A stretch of DNA of 64,000 nt, taken from contig OZ242320.1 of the NCBI GenBank assembly GCA_965208125.1, forward strand, positions 5,216,001 to 5,280,000. The letters are read 5' to 3'. Of this stretch, positions 26,817 to 36,532 are shown one piece after another (positions within the stretch are counted from its first letter, which is position 1; each line of letters starts with the position of its first letter). This DNA is from Candidatus Latescibacterota bacterium. Lineage in GTDB: Bacteria; Latescibacterota; UBA2968. Made by a program: the position numbers and the translations under genes. The notes beneath the pieces were generated by a model, which worked only from the letters and a program-made list of their open reading frames with translations, had not been told where the DNA came from and did no database searches.

Positions 26817-28412
26817 ATGACGCCTGTTATTTTATTCGGTATTACTGCGGTTTTAGCGGCTTTATTCACGGCGGTTGCGCGTATCATTGCACGCCGTTTT
26901 GCTGCGCCCAACGCGCCTGTTTCAACTCTGGGCGGTACAGCTTTGCTGGCCGCTCTTTTTTGTGGCTTTTGGTTTTTGCCCCAATCGCTCCCTTTGGGCC
27001 TCGTCATCGGTGCTGTGGGAATGGCACTCATCGGCCTTTTAGACGATTGGAACCCCTTTGCACCGCTACACAAATTTGCGTTGACCCTCGCAGTTGCAGG
27101 CATTGCCGCCTGGCTTGGCCCGCGTATCCATCTCACAGATATTATCTGGATAGACGCCATACTGACTGCGTTGTGGATGGTCTGGATGTGCCATGCGTTC
27201 AATGTTCTGGACATGGAAGACGGTCTTTCCGCGGGTAGTGGAACCATTGCCTCGCTGAGTTTGTGGCTGATAAATGCTGGCGATTGGGCACTCGTAACAG
27301 CAGGCGCACTCACGGGGTATTTACTACACAATTTTCATCCCGCCCGCATCCTGATGGGTGACACCGGAAGCCTGTTAATTGGCTTTTTGCTCAGTAGTAT
27401 GGCTATTTCTGTCGCAAATCAAATTGGGGGTTTCATGGGCGTTATCGGACCTTTGATCGCCCTGGGCCTGCCCATCTTTGAAGCAGTATTTATCAGTTCA
27501 ATCCGATTTGCCAAAGGCCGCTCTATTGTCCGACCCAGCCGTGACCACGTTGCACAGCGATTGATACAATGGGGACGACCAGTGCGTGCAGCAGTCGCTC
27601 TGATGTGGTTGGCAGGTATTGTTTTGGGTGGTCTGGCTCTCGTGTTCTCCTGGGGGCACTGGATCAGTTTGGTTGGTGTTGCGTGTCTCGCCATTGGTGC
27701 ATGGAGGGGATTGTCGCGCGTGGATATGGAAGGCGATGGATGTGATGGACGCCCGGTTGGCCTATTTGGCAAAAACTGGTTGATTCACCGCACAATGCGC
27801 CAGATAATGGACGAAGTAAAGGAGATGGTAAGTGGGAAATTGCTGGATGTGGGGTGTGGCAATAAACCCTATGCCGGCATTTTTGAGACGCGCGTGCAAC
27901 AATATATCGGCCTGGAAAAAGGGCGCGAGCGGTATGAACGCGCCGACGTGTGGGGCGATGTGTTGGCCCTCCCCATCCGCGACCAAACCTGCGATACCGT
28001 GTTGTGCAATCAGGTCCTGGAACATGTGCCGCAACCCCAATTGGCGATTGACGAAATGGCGCGCGTCTTGCGACCAAATGGCTACTTGATTCTCACCGCA
28101 CCCCATATTTGGGGCTTGCACGAAGTCCCCTACGATTATTTCCGCTTTACGCCTTATGGCTTGCGCTATCTCGCTGAAAAATCAGGGCTAACCGTCCACA
28201 CAACGCGCGCGCTCGCGGGATTTTGGATCACCGCCGGGACGCGATTCTGTTATTATCTGGCGCGTTTTGAACGCGGCCCTCTAATCCCCTTTGTGCGCGT
28301 TGGATTTTTTGTCGTCCAACTCGGTGCTTTATTTTTAGATCGCTTGCACCGCGTGGAAAGCGAGGCGTGGAATTTTCTACTCATCGCACAAAAGGATTTA
28401 TCCCATGAGTGA
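26817..28412 (+). CDS. WecA/MraY-like polyprenyl-phosphate sugar-1-phosphate transferase fused to a class I SAM methyltransferase
   Basis: N-terminal GLLDD, FNVLDMEDGL, NFHPARILMGDTGS; C-terminal LLDVGCG, QVLEHV, RVLRPNG, DYFRFT in one frame. Confidence 0.8.
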   Translation: MTPVILFGITAVLAALFTAVARIIARRFAAPNAPVSTLGGTALLAALFCGFWFLPQSLPLGLVIGAVGMALIGLLDDWNPFAPLHKFALTLAVAGIAAWLGPRIHLTDIIWIDAILTALWMVWMCHAFNVLDMEDGLSAGSGTIASLSLWLINAGDWALVTAGALTGYLLHNFHPARILMGDTGSLLIGFLLSSMAISVANQIGGFMGVIGPLIALGLPIFEAVFISSIRFAKGRSIVRPSRDHVAQRLIQWGRPVRAAVALMWLAGIVLGGLALVFSWGHWISLVGVACLAIGAWRGLSRVDMEGDGCDGRPVGLFGKNWLIHRTMRQIMDEVKEMVSGKLLDVGCGNKPYAGIFETRVQQYIGLEKGRERYERADVWGDVLALPIRDQTCDTVLCNQVLEHVPQPQLAIDEMARVLRPNGYLILTAPHIWGLHEVPYDYFRFTPYGLRYLAEKSGLTVHTTRALAGFWITAGTRFCYYLARFERGPLIPFVRVGFFVVQLGALFLDRLHRVESEAWNFLLIAQKDLSHE

Positions 28413-30528
28413 TTTTATCGCGTCCATTAAAGCCAATTTTAATAAGCGGTACCCAGGTATCCTCTCTGCGATAGTGAAGCACTATTTCACATCTATCATC
28501 ATACTGGTCATCTTCTTTGCATTTATCCTTCGATATTTCCAATTAAACATCGGTTTGCCCTATTTGTATTTCTGGGATGAACCCCTTACGACCAGCAACG
28601 CGCTCCAGATGATGAAAACGGGGGATTACAACCCCCATTTTTTTAAGTACGGCTCTCTGATGATTTATTTGAACCTGCTGATAGATCAGTTATACCGTAT
28701 TTATCTATCACTCACAGGCGATTTGGTAAGCGTGGCAAATATACGCATTGCAGCCGACACCGGTTGGCACTGGACGATATCTCATCCGGGCTTTTATTTT
28801 TGGAATCGTTTTTTGACCACCACAATGGGCACCGCAACAGTATTTATCACCTATTTAATCAGCAGGTCGATATGCAACAGATGGACGGGCATCATATCGG
28901 CCTTTTTTTTATCTGTTCTCCCAATCCACATTGTTCATTCGGGTTTTGTAACAATGGACGCGCCAGTCGCCCTGTTTGTCTCGCTTGTCGCCCTATTCTC
29001 CATTCTGTTTATCGACCAAAAGAAAATCATCTATTTCATATTGAGTTTAATATGTGTCGGGTTTGCCACAGCGACAAAATACAATTCGGGCCTGGCAATA
29101 TTGCTCCCCATTGCATCGCTAATTTGGATGTCTTATCGGGATGGAATCCCGCACCCAAAATTTTATTGGCTCGCGGTTCCAGGCCTGCCAGCGGTGACCT
29201 TCTTTCTCTCTATGCCCTACGCAATTCTCGACTTTCCAAATTTTATTAAGGATGTCTTACACCAGATTAATTACTACAAAACCACGGGACACCCCGGCGC
29301 AACAATCAGCCCTGGATGGGATTATTTTGCGTTTCAGATACGAGAATTTTACCAAAACATCGGACTGACGGGCACTATCCTGTTCGCAATCGGTCTCGCT
29401 GGGATAATTTCTCGCCCTGTATTGCTTCTGATCTTATTATTCCCTGCGAGCTATCTTGTATTTATGAGCGACATGACCGTTAACTTTCACAGAAATTTTA
29501 TACAGGTGTACCCATTTATTGCCATCTTTTCAGGTATTGCGTTTTACAATCTGCATGCGGCATTGACGCGCTTTTATCCAAAACTCAAAAAACCAGTTCC
29601 AATTGTGGGTATTGCAGCCATGCTCGTTTTACTCCCGCGTGCTTATGACGCCTATCAAACGGGCGTGGTATTGCACAACACCAGAGATACCAGAAGCGCG
29701 GTTATAGATACGCTCAACGCAATGGAAGATGTGCAAAAAGTCGTCTTTGCCAGAGAACTGAGAGTTCACGAACAAGACCTCGACAGATTAAAATACGACT
29801 ATTCGATACACCCCATAGAAATAATGAGCGTGGAACAAAATCGAGACCACACACACTATGTCTTACCAGCCAAAATATCTCAGATTTATACCTATTACCA
29901 GGAAGAAATACAGACCAAACAAGAAATCATCGACAAAATTCCCGACGAGCATATTCTGCAATACATCGACAACAATTACATCGGACAAAATATTGGCAAA
30001 GATTACATCAAACAAAATGCCGCAACCATGCTCGATGTATTTTCCACAAGTCCCTCGCTGATCATCGCAAATCAGATACTGCACGAACCGTTGCACCCTG
30101 GCACTATTGCATTTGATACCTGCACGCTATCTCCCACAGGCGTGCAAATCAACATCCGCAATACCGCAACACTCCGCGATGGCGTAATAACAACCCCGTC
30201 CTACGACCTGAAAAGCGGGAAATACCTGTTCACATTTCAAGCAAACAAATCTGCGACACCAGAACGCTCCAAAAGCTTTGTCTTTGGAGAATACGAAACA
30301 AAAATCACCGTAAAACGCCTGAACGCATTCCGCGAACATGCGAGCATCAAGGTCTCAATCTTTGCGGACCAGGCACTCTTAACACAACAAATATTCATCC
30401 CAACAGAGAACTTCGCTCAAATGGACGCCTTTTTTTCGCTCGAAAAAAATCAGCGCGTTTCAGTCCAAATAGAAAATCTCCATCCTGTGAAAACAACGAT
30501 TAAGCAACTGAAAATATTGGCTTTGTAA
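28405..30528 (+). CDS. GT-C fold glycosyltransferase (GT39/PMT-like) with extracytoplasmic C-terminal domain
   Basis: FWDEP, YNPHFFKYG, ATATKYN, multiple TM helices then a soluble tail. Confidence 0.78.
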   Translation: MSDFIASIKANFNKRYPGILSAIVKHYFTSIIILVIFFAFILRYFQLNIGLPYLYFWDEPLTTSNALQMMKTGDYNPHFFKYGSLMIYLNLLIDQLYRIYLSLTGDLVSVANIRIAADTGWHWTISHPGFYFWNRFLTTTMGTATVFITYLISRSICNRWTGIISAFFLSVLPIHIVHSGFVTMDAPVALFVSLVALFSILFIDQKKIIYFILSLICVGFATATKYNSGLAILLPIASLIWMSYRDGIPHPKFYWLAVPGLPAVTFFLSMPYAILDFPNFIKDVLHQINYYKTTGHPGATISPGWDYFAFQIREFYQNIGLTGTILFAIGLAGIISRPVLLLILLFPASYLVFMSDMTVNFHRNFIQVYPFIAIFSGIAFYNLHAALTRFYPKLKKPVPIVGIAAMLVLLPRAYDAYQTGVVLHNTRDTRSAVIDTLNAMEDVQKVVFARELRVHEQDLDRLKYDYSIHPIEIMSVEQNRDHTHYVLPAKISQIYTYYQEEIQTKQEIIDKIPDEHILQYIDNNYIGQNIGKDYIKQNAATMLDVFSTSPSLIIANQILHEPLHPGTIAFDTCTLSPTGVQINIRNTATLRDGVITTPSYDLKSGKYLFTFQANKSATPERSKSFVFGEYETKITVKRLNAFREHASIKVSIFADQALLTQQIFIPTENFAQMDAFFSLEKNQRVSVQIENLHPVKTTIKQLKILAL

Positions 30529-30659
30529 AATTTTCAAACTGTTGTAAAAATTCACACCTGTGCCATAGCGTCACATATTCCGCATTCTCCATTCTGATTG
30601 TATCCTATTGTAATTCAATAACTTAAAACAAATCTCCTTAATTGGCACGCCATTTGCAT
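30524..30659 (+). promoter_or_regulatory. Sigma-54 promoter with candidate IHF site and enhancer sites
   Basis: TGGCACG-CCAT-TTGCA at 30643-30658 matches the -24/-12 consensus; ATTCAATAACTTA (30613-30625) is one mismatch from IHF WATCAAN4TTR; TGT-N8-CAA and TGT-N8-ACA at 30524 and 30543. Confidence 0.75.
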
Positions 30660-30702
30660 AACACTTTTACCGCACGCAAAAACCTCAACGGAGAAATGTG
30701 CG

Positions 30703-32061
30703 GTGAAAACAATTTACTACACAGTGCTTTTGCTAACCGTCACGCTACACGGCTGCACCACTTATTCTCACTTCTCGGGCGACTTTCGCACAAGCTTGCG
30801 CGCGCGCAACTACGAAGACGCCCGTGCAAAAATCAAAAAGTCGAGAAAAAGAGGCAACCAATTGCTCTATCTCCTCGAGAATGGCCTCCTCACCCACTAT
30901 CAGGGCCACTACGAAACATCCAACCGCTATTTTGCCGAAGCCGAGCGGCTATCTGATCGACTCTACACCCGCTCAGTTTCCCGAGAAGCCGCTGCATTTT
31001 TGACCAACGACGCCATATGCAACTACCGCGGCGACAGCTTTGAAATGGTTGCCGTTCACTACTATCGCGCGTTAAACTACTGGTACCTGGGCCTCCCAGA
31101 AGACGCCCTTGTCGAATGTCGCAAAGCCAATTTGAAACTCGACCAATACGCCATTCACAATGGACAGGCGAGTTACAAAAATGACGCCTTCATTCACTAC
31201 ATCACCGGCCTGTTCTACGAAGCCACAGGCGAATACAACGACGCCCGCGTCTCCTATCAACACGCACATGACGCCTATTCATACTACGAAAAAAAGTTCC
31301 ACACCGCCCCACCTCAAACCATCGCTGAAGATCTCAAACATGTAGGTGGCATTCTCAACGGCGAGGGAACCGACATGCGCTTTGCTTCGCTCAACATCCC
31401 GCCCTTTGTACCACCTGTGGGCAATGGCGAACTCGTGATCTTTTCTGAAATCGGTTTTATCCCCCGCAAAGTACAGGAGGAAATAGATCTCCCCATTTAC
31501 GGAGAAGACATCAAACGCAGCAAAGGCGACAAAGTATCTTCCATCGCCACCGAAATCTCACACCGTCGTCACCGCGTATATCCCATTCGCGATGTCGAAT
31601 ACTGGTTGCGCGTTACCCTTCCCAAATACGAAGCCGTTGCCCCGCGCACAAAGCGCATTCTCATCCGCGCAGGAAATCGCACGATTCAAACGCAGATCGC
31701 CCAAAATTACGCCGCAATTGCAAAAACATCGCTCCAGGATCACTACCCGAGAATTATGATCAGAACAATTGCACGCGGGCTTGTGAAATACATAGCCCAC
31801 CGAGAGGCCAAAGACGAAAATGAAGTCCTCGGTTTCTTCGTCAACCTGTTCAACATCTCAACCGAAATCGCCGACACCCGCAGTTGGGTCTCCTTGCCCC
31901 ACAATATTCAAATCGGCCGTCTCGAACTGCCACCCGGTATTCACACCATCACACTCGAAGCACTCGACGCCAACGGACGCATTATCGAAACCGAAACCTT
32001 TACCAACATCGAAATCAAGCCCGGTCAGCGCACGTTTTTGAATCACAGGGTCTATCAATAA
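30703..32061 (+). CDS. COG3014-like TPR lipoprotein
   Basis: Lipobox LHGC, LLYLLENG, YRGDSFE, ALVECRK, ADTRSWVSLP; upstream of lpoB. Confidence 0.78.
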   Translation: MKTIYYTVLLLTVTLHGCTTYSHFSGDFRTSLRARNYEDARAKIKKSRKRGNQLLYLLENGLLTHYQGHYETSNRYFAEAERLSDRLYTRSVSREAAAFLTNDAICNYRGDSFEMVAVHYYRALNYWYLGLPEDALVECRKANLKLDQYAIHNGQASYKNDAFIHYITGLFYEATGEYNDARVSYQHAHDAYSYYEKKFHTAPPQTIAEDLKHVGGILNGEGTDMRFASLNIPPFVPPVGNGELVIFSEIGFIPRKVQEEIDLPIYGEDIKRSKGDKVSSIATEISHRRHRVYPIRDVEYWLRVTLPKYEAVAPRTKRILIRAGNRTIQTQIAQNYAAIAKTSLQDHYPRIMIRTIARGLVKYIAHREAKDENEVLGFFVNLFNISTEIADTRSWVSLPHNIQIGRLELPPGIHTITLEALDANGRIIETETFTNIEIKPGQRTFLNHRVYQ

Positions 32062-32080
32062 TTCCACAAGGAGGAACACA

Positions 32081-32893
32081 ATGAAACTTTCACACCGCAG
32101 TCTTTTGTTGCTCGTCGTTCTTGGCCTGTTGGTTTCAACGGCAAACGCGGCGCAATCAGACCTGCCGCCCACGCGGGGCATTGTCGTCAACCTCGTCGAA
32201 TGGGACGGCGGAGAACTGCCCGCAGTTTATGAACGCACGGACCAACTCCCCTTCACCCGTGAAGACCTGTTGCAATTGGTACAAAGCGACTTTAAACCCG
32301 ACCAAATCGCACAGATGATTTCCGAGCGACGATATGCGGGCGATGCATCTGCCGAAGGTCTGATCGCGCTCAAACAAGCTGGTCTTGCGCCTGTCGTCAT
32401 ACAGGCCATCTCCAAACACGCGCTCGCACCCAATCAATCGCTTAACCTCACCATTTACCTGACCTTTGACGGCCCTTCCCAAACAGCGCGCCATCGTTTT
32501 CTCTACGTGATCATTCCCGATGGCGAGATCCAGCGCGTCTTCACTGCGGACTTAAACACCGTGCTCGCCGGACAGTGGAAAAGAGACGCCCTGATCGATG
32601 CCACAGACCCATTGCTCCCGCGAAAAATTCGACGCGTCACCTTCTCGGGAACAATTCCACTCAAAACACACGGCAGCAAAACCGTTCGGATTTTCACATC
32701 TTCGCGCCCGGGCATCCATCAAATCGACGAGATACCGGCGATAGACCTCTCGCGGGTTCAAACATATCAAATGGATTATCCAGTCAGTTCACCCATTCAA
32801 GACTGCCGCGCCTACATTCGCTACAAACAGGATGTAGTGCTGCCGGACAAATGGCACATGATTGACACGCGCATGGAATGCGAATGGCGATAA
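32081..32893 (+). CDS. Exported hypothetical protein
   Basis: Strong RBS (AAGGAGG), signal peptide, in operon context; no family recognised. Confidence 0.7.
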   Translation: MKLSHRSLLLLVVLGLLVSTANAAQSDLPPTRGIVVNLVEWDGGELPAVYERTDQLPFTREDLLQLVQSDFKPDQIAQMISERRYAGDASAEGLIALKQAGLAPVVIQAISKHALAPNQSLNLTIYLTFDGPSQTARHRFLYVIIPDGEIQRVFTADLNTVLAGQWKRDALIDATDPLLPRKIRRVTFSGTIPLKTHGSKTVRIFTSSRPGIHQIDEIPAIDLSRVQTYQMDYPVSSPIQDCRAYIRYKQDVVLPDKWHMIDTRMECEWR

Positions 32894-32928
32894 AACACGC
32901 CTTTCACCTCTCAACAAGGAGATAGACC

Positions 32929-33516
32929 ATGAAACTCATCACCTATGCAGCAATCGCCCTGATCGGTATCACAACTGGATGTGCCGGTCCCAGAGCCTTT
33001 ACAAAAGGGACGTATGAAGATCCCAAAACCATTGCCTTGCTCGACGACCGCTTTAACGAAAACGACATGCAACTCATCGCCAAAAAAGTCGTCGATTCAA
33101 TCCTCAAAGCCCCATTGAACAGACCTGAACCCGCCATCATGCTCGGAAAAATGCGCAATCGCACCACCGAACACATCGACATGGTGGCCCTCTCCGACAA
33201 AATTAAAACCGCATTGATCCAGAGCGGCAAAGTGCGCTTCGTCGATGTCACCAACCGCAAAGACATCGCCACAGAATACGAATATCAACAATCGGGCTAC
33301 GTCGATCCCGCACAGGCCAAAGCACCGGGCAAACAGACCGGCTCAGATCTGATCCTCACGGGCACACTCAGCGCGAACGTGCAGGAAGTGGGCAAAGACA
33401 AACTCATCTACTACAAAGCCACCTTCCAGCTAACGGACCTGGTCTCATCAGAAATTATATGGACCGACGAAAAAGAAATCCGCAAAGCCTACAAAAAGCG
33501 CAGCATAGGATTGTAA
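32929..33516 (+). CDS. lpoB: Penicillin-binding protein activator LpoB-family lipoprotein
   Basis: Lipobox TTGC, NRTTEHID, LIQSGKVRFVD, YYKATFQLTDL...IIWTDEKEIRK. Confidence 0.85.
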   Translation: MKLITYAAIALIGITTGCAGPRAFTKGTYEDPKTIALLDDRFNENDMQLIAKKVVDSILKAPLNRPEPAIMLGKMRNRTTEHIDMVALSDKIKTALIQSGKVRFVDVTNRKDIATEYEYQQSGYVDPAQAKAPGKQTGSDLILTGTLSANVQEVGKDKLIYYKATFQLTDLVSSEIIWTDEKEIRKAYKKRSIGL

Positions 33517-33555
33517 TTGCGCAGAAGACCTGGGATTATTAGGTTGGGGAATTAG

Positions 33556-33594
33556 GGAGCGGTGTACAACTGGTCGCAGTCCAGACCAGTTCAT
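33556..33594. repeat. REP-like palindrome, copy of the 6694-6733 motif
   Basis: GGAGCGGTGTACAACTGGTC-GCAGTCCA-GACCAGTTCAT; its reverse complement aligns with 6694-6733 with about 5 differences. Confidence 0.75.
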
Positions 33595-33679
33595 TGAGCA
33601 TTAAAAATTAAGGGTTGGGCGGTTGGGTATCCTGCACATCCTTCCATCCTTTAATCCTGATCGAGAAAGGAGCAAAACC

Positions 33680-34225
33680 ATGAAACACCTGTTATTCACA
33701 CTCGCAATCGCTATACTTCTGGGGAGTAGTGCCAGCGCGCAAACCGGCCGCACTGATGGGGCAGAAGAAAGCGAATTCGGCAAAGGGGGATACCCGTTTG
33801 GCGGCCCGAGCCATCGTATCTATCTCAACACCGCCTTTGGCTCTGGCTTTTTTGATCTGACGGACGTCAACAAAACGCGCACGGGTTTTCTCTATGGGGT
33901 TGATCTCGGCGTCGAAATGGACCAGTGGCTCGGCATTCAGGCGAGCTATAATTATCTTTCTGACCGCGACATGTCCATCTTCAGCCTCGGCTCGCGTTTC
34001 GCCTACGCCTTTGACCCCTTTGTGTACCACGTCTCGCTCAACGCCGGGCTATATGCGCCCAATGAAGGCAACCGCAACTTTGGTCTGGCACCTGGCGCTG
34101 GCATAGACATCGTCCTGCACAAAAGGGTGCGTATCGGACTCGACTACAAACACGACTTTATTTTTACCGACAACCGCACCACCGACATGGATCGGATCTA
34201 CGCGGGTCTCAAATTCTTCTTTTAA
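33680..34225 (+). CDS. Small outer-membrane beta-barrel protein
   Basis: Signal peptide, alternating beta-strand pattern, C-terminal YAGLKFFF; RBS AAGGAG; start trimmed to ATG 33680. Confidence 0.75.
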   Translation: MKHLLFTLAIAILLGSSASAQTGRTDGAEESEFGKGGYPFGGPSHRIYLNTAFGSGFFDLTDVNKTRTGFLYGVDLGVEMDQWLGIQASYNYLSDRDMSIFSLGSRFAYAFDPFVYHVSLNAGLYAPNEGNRNFGLAPGAGIDIVLHKRVRIGLDYKHDFIFTDNRTTDMDRIYAGLKFFF

Positions 34226-34227
34226 TC

Positions 34228-34268
34228 AAAAAACAAGAAGCGAGGGCCAAACAATCCCTCGCTTCTTG
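34228..34268 (-). terminator. Intrinsic terminator between convergent genes
   Basis: 13-bp perfect stem CAAGAAGCGAGGG/CCCTCGCTTCTTG with an A6 run giving a U tract on the minus strand. Confidence 0.7.
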
Positions 34269-34294
34269 CGTCTTATCCACAGGCCACATATCAC

Positions 34295-35317
34295 CTATCC
34301 AAACACCTCACTCGCGACAAAAGCCATACCCATTGCAGCGGCAGAATCGCCGCCGCGCGCCCATTCGAACTGCGTTGAGACAGCTTGCGTATCAAAGGGA
34401 TTTTCGAGATAGATCGGCCACGACCCATCCTCAAATCCTTCTATCACCCACGCCATATACCGATCGCGAAAAGACGCTTCTGAAAGCCCTCCACCGATCA
34501 CCACAAGCCCAGGGTCGAATAACCGCACCCAATTGGCTATCGCATAACCCAAAATAAATGCCTGCTCCTTAAAAAGCGATACCGCGAGCGGATCGTCATT
34601 TTCTGCGTAATCGCGGAGTTGATACGCCTTTTCCTCTATCGACGCATCAGAAGCATTCAGCGCATGATCCTTCCAGGTATCCTTCGCCAATTCAATCCCG
34701 AGCCTGCGTCGCAATGCCATAAGTGACACCCAGGTCTCCGCACATCCCGTCAGTCCACACGAACAAGCTGGCAACTCCCCATCCACCTCCCGAAACGGAA
34801 CCGAAACATGCCCCACTTCCAGCGCGAGACCATTTGATCCCTCGTAAATCTGCCCACCGGGCAAAACCAATCCACCGCCCAAACCCGTTCCAGGCGCAAC
34901 GAGCAAAAGACCCGCATCGAAATCTGGCCGCGCAGCGTATTCACCTGCCGCCGCTGCATTGCCATCATTTGTCATATACGCAGGCACTCCCGCACGCGCA
35001 GAAAACTCATCGCGAATATTCGTCCCCACCCAATCCGCCCTCAAATTGGCCTGCACTCGAATCACGCCACTGCTACTCGGCGCAGGAACATCCAGCCCAA
35101 TACCCGCAATATCCGATTGACGCCTCCCTGCGCGATCCGTCAATAACTTCAGCGCTTCCTCGAGCTGTGCAAACGTCGCCTCATACCCATCTTTGACGCG
35201 ACTGGGCACCTCCACCATATCACCCAATAAATTGCCAGTAGCATCGACGAGAATGGATTTCACACTCGTCCCACCAATATCTAAACCTGCAAAACAGCGC
35301 GTATTACTCTCTCCCAT
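34295..35317 (-). CDS. ROK family sugar kinase
   Basis: GLDIGGT, NDGNAAA, GTGLGGG, EVGH, CSCG...GCAE, VIGGG. Confidence 0.88.
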   Translation of the reverse strand: MGESNTRCFAGLDIGGTSVKSILVDATGNLLGDMVEVPSRVKDGYEATFAQLEEALKLLTDRAGRRQSDIAGIGLDVPAPSSSGVIRVQANLRADWVGTNIRDEFSARAGVPAYMTNDGNAAAAGEYAARPDFDAGLLLVAPGTGLGGGLVLPGGQIYEGSNGLALEVGHVSVPFREVDGELPACSCGLTGCAETWVSLMALRRRLGIELAKDTWKDHALNASDASIEEKAYQLRDYAENDDPLAVSLFKEQAFILGYAIANWVRLFDPGLVVIGGGLSEASFRDRYMAWVIEGFEDGSWPIYLENPFDTQAVSTQFEWARGGDSAAAMGMAFVASEVFG

Positions 35318-35327
35318 AACCCCATTC

Positions 35328-36506
35328 CTATCTTCGGGTAATCACAAACAACTGGCGCGTCCCATCTCTGGAAATCGATGGAAAAAGCACCTGATCACTC
35401 GTGCGATTCCAGCAAGGCGCTGGATCGCTCCTCAAATCCCCCGATATCCACTCCCCCTGATCGTATCGCTCAGTTCGCATCCATGCCCCGTCAGCCATGC
35501 GATACATCACATACACCGTTCCGCGCTTTGGTCCCGAACCATTGATAATCCACTTTCCATCTGGAGAAAACGCATTGTCTCCGCCAGGCTCTGGAAAAAC
35601 AGACTGATCTCCCAGGGTCCGTACAATTTTTTGCTCATCGGTATCGTACACCACCAGATCATCGGCATTGTGACCGAGAATCTCATGCCCTTCCAACCAC
35701 TCGGGATGCCCACCTATAAAAACCTTCTGGATGGTCAGATCGCTGCCATCGGGATTCACGGTAAAAGGCACATTGAGCCGCGCTTCGCGCTTATTGAACT
35801 TGCCCCGCGCATAAAAATAAATCCGATCATCATCGCGGTTCCACAGCGTATGATTAATAAACATCTCCTTGCTCTCAACGCCCGGGTGGTAATCCCGTAA
35901 CGCATCTCCCAATTGGGCAAAAGATACAATCAGCTCTTTTTCACCCGTATTCACATCAACCTTAAAAATTCCATCATCCTCGGGATGTACAACCCCTTCA
36001 GTCCAATCCGCCGCGCCGAGGTACCCCGTCACCAACCGCAAACGCGCCATACGCGCGTAATTTAATCCCAGAAAATAGCCGCCATTTTGCGCCACACCGC
36101 TATTGCCAAACGACGTATCTTCATATCGATATTCGCGGATCCTTTTCCCTTTGGAAATATCGAACAAAACTGTGAAAACCTTCTGCGTCTCTGGATCCCG
36201 ATCATTAAAGAAAAACTGCGTCTCCGGCAATTCGGGATTCCAGTAGAACATCGTGCCCTGCTGAGGATTCCATCCCTGCGACTGATCAACCACCTGGATC
36301 AAATACCCATTCTCAGTATCGATCAAAATCACATCCGCTGCCTCGCCAGGTCCGGGCATATGATCCTGAAAATCATTCCGCAATGCGACAATATAACGAC
36401 CACTCTGGTTCCAGGGAATGGTCTGCGATTGACCGATATACCCAAAAAAGTGATGTTTGGGACCATACGTAATCTGCTCAACTTCAAGCTCAAATGAATC
36501 TGCCAA
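35328..36506 (-). CDS. Hypothetical beta-propeller protein (TolB/oligogalacturonate-lyase-like)
   Basis: HHFFGY, PWN, WNPQQG, NHTLWN, GGHPEW, FSPDGKW, DPAPCWN blade-like repeats. TTG start at 36506 after RBS GGGGAG. Confidence 0.6.
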   Translation of the reverse strand: MADSFELEVEQITYGPKHHFFGYIGQSQTIPWNQSGRYIVALRNDFQDHMPGPGEAADVILIDTENGYLIQVVDQSQGWNPQQGTMFYWNPELPETQFFFNDRDPETQKVFTVLFDISKGKRIREYRYEDTSFGNSGVAQNGGYFLGLNYARMARLRLVTGYLGAADWTEGVVHPEDDGIFKVDVNTGEKELIVSFAQLGDALRDYHPGVESKEMFINHTLWNRDDDRIYFYARGKFNKREARLNVPFTVNPDGSDLTIQKVFIGGHPEWLEGHEILGHNADDLVVYDTDEQKIVRTLGDQSVFPEPGGDNAFSPDGKWIINGSGPKRGTVYVMYRMADGAWMRTERYDQGEWISGDLRSDPAPCWNRTSDQVLFPSISRDGTRQLFVITRR

Positions 36507-36532
36507 TTTATTCTCCCCTTGTATTTTACGGA

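Noticed and set aside
33530-33628. G-rich tracts as a possible G-quadruplex or ncRNA
   Set aside because: G-runs are irregular, and no known RNA motif was recognisable beyond the REP-like hairpin reported.
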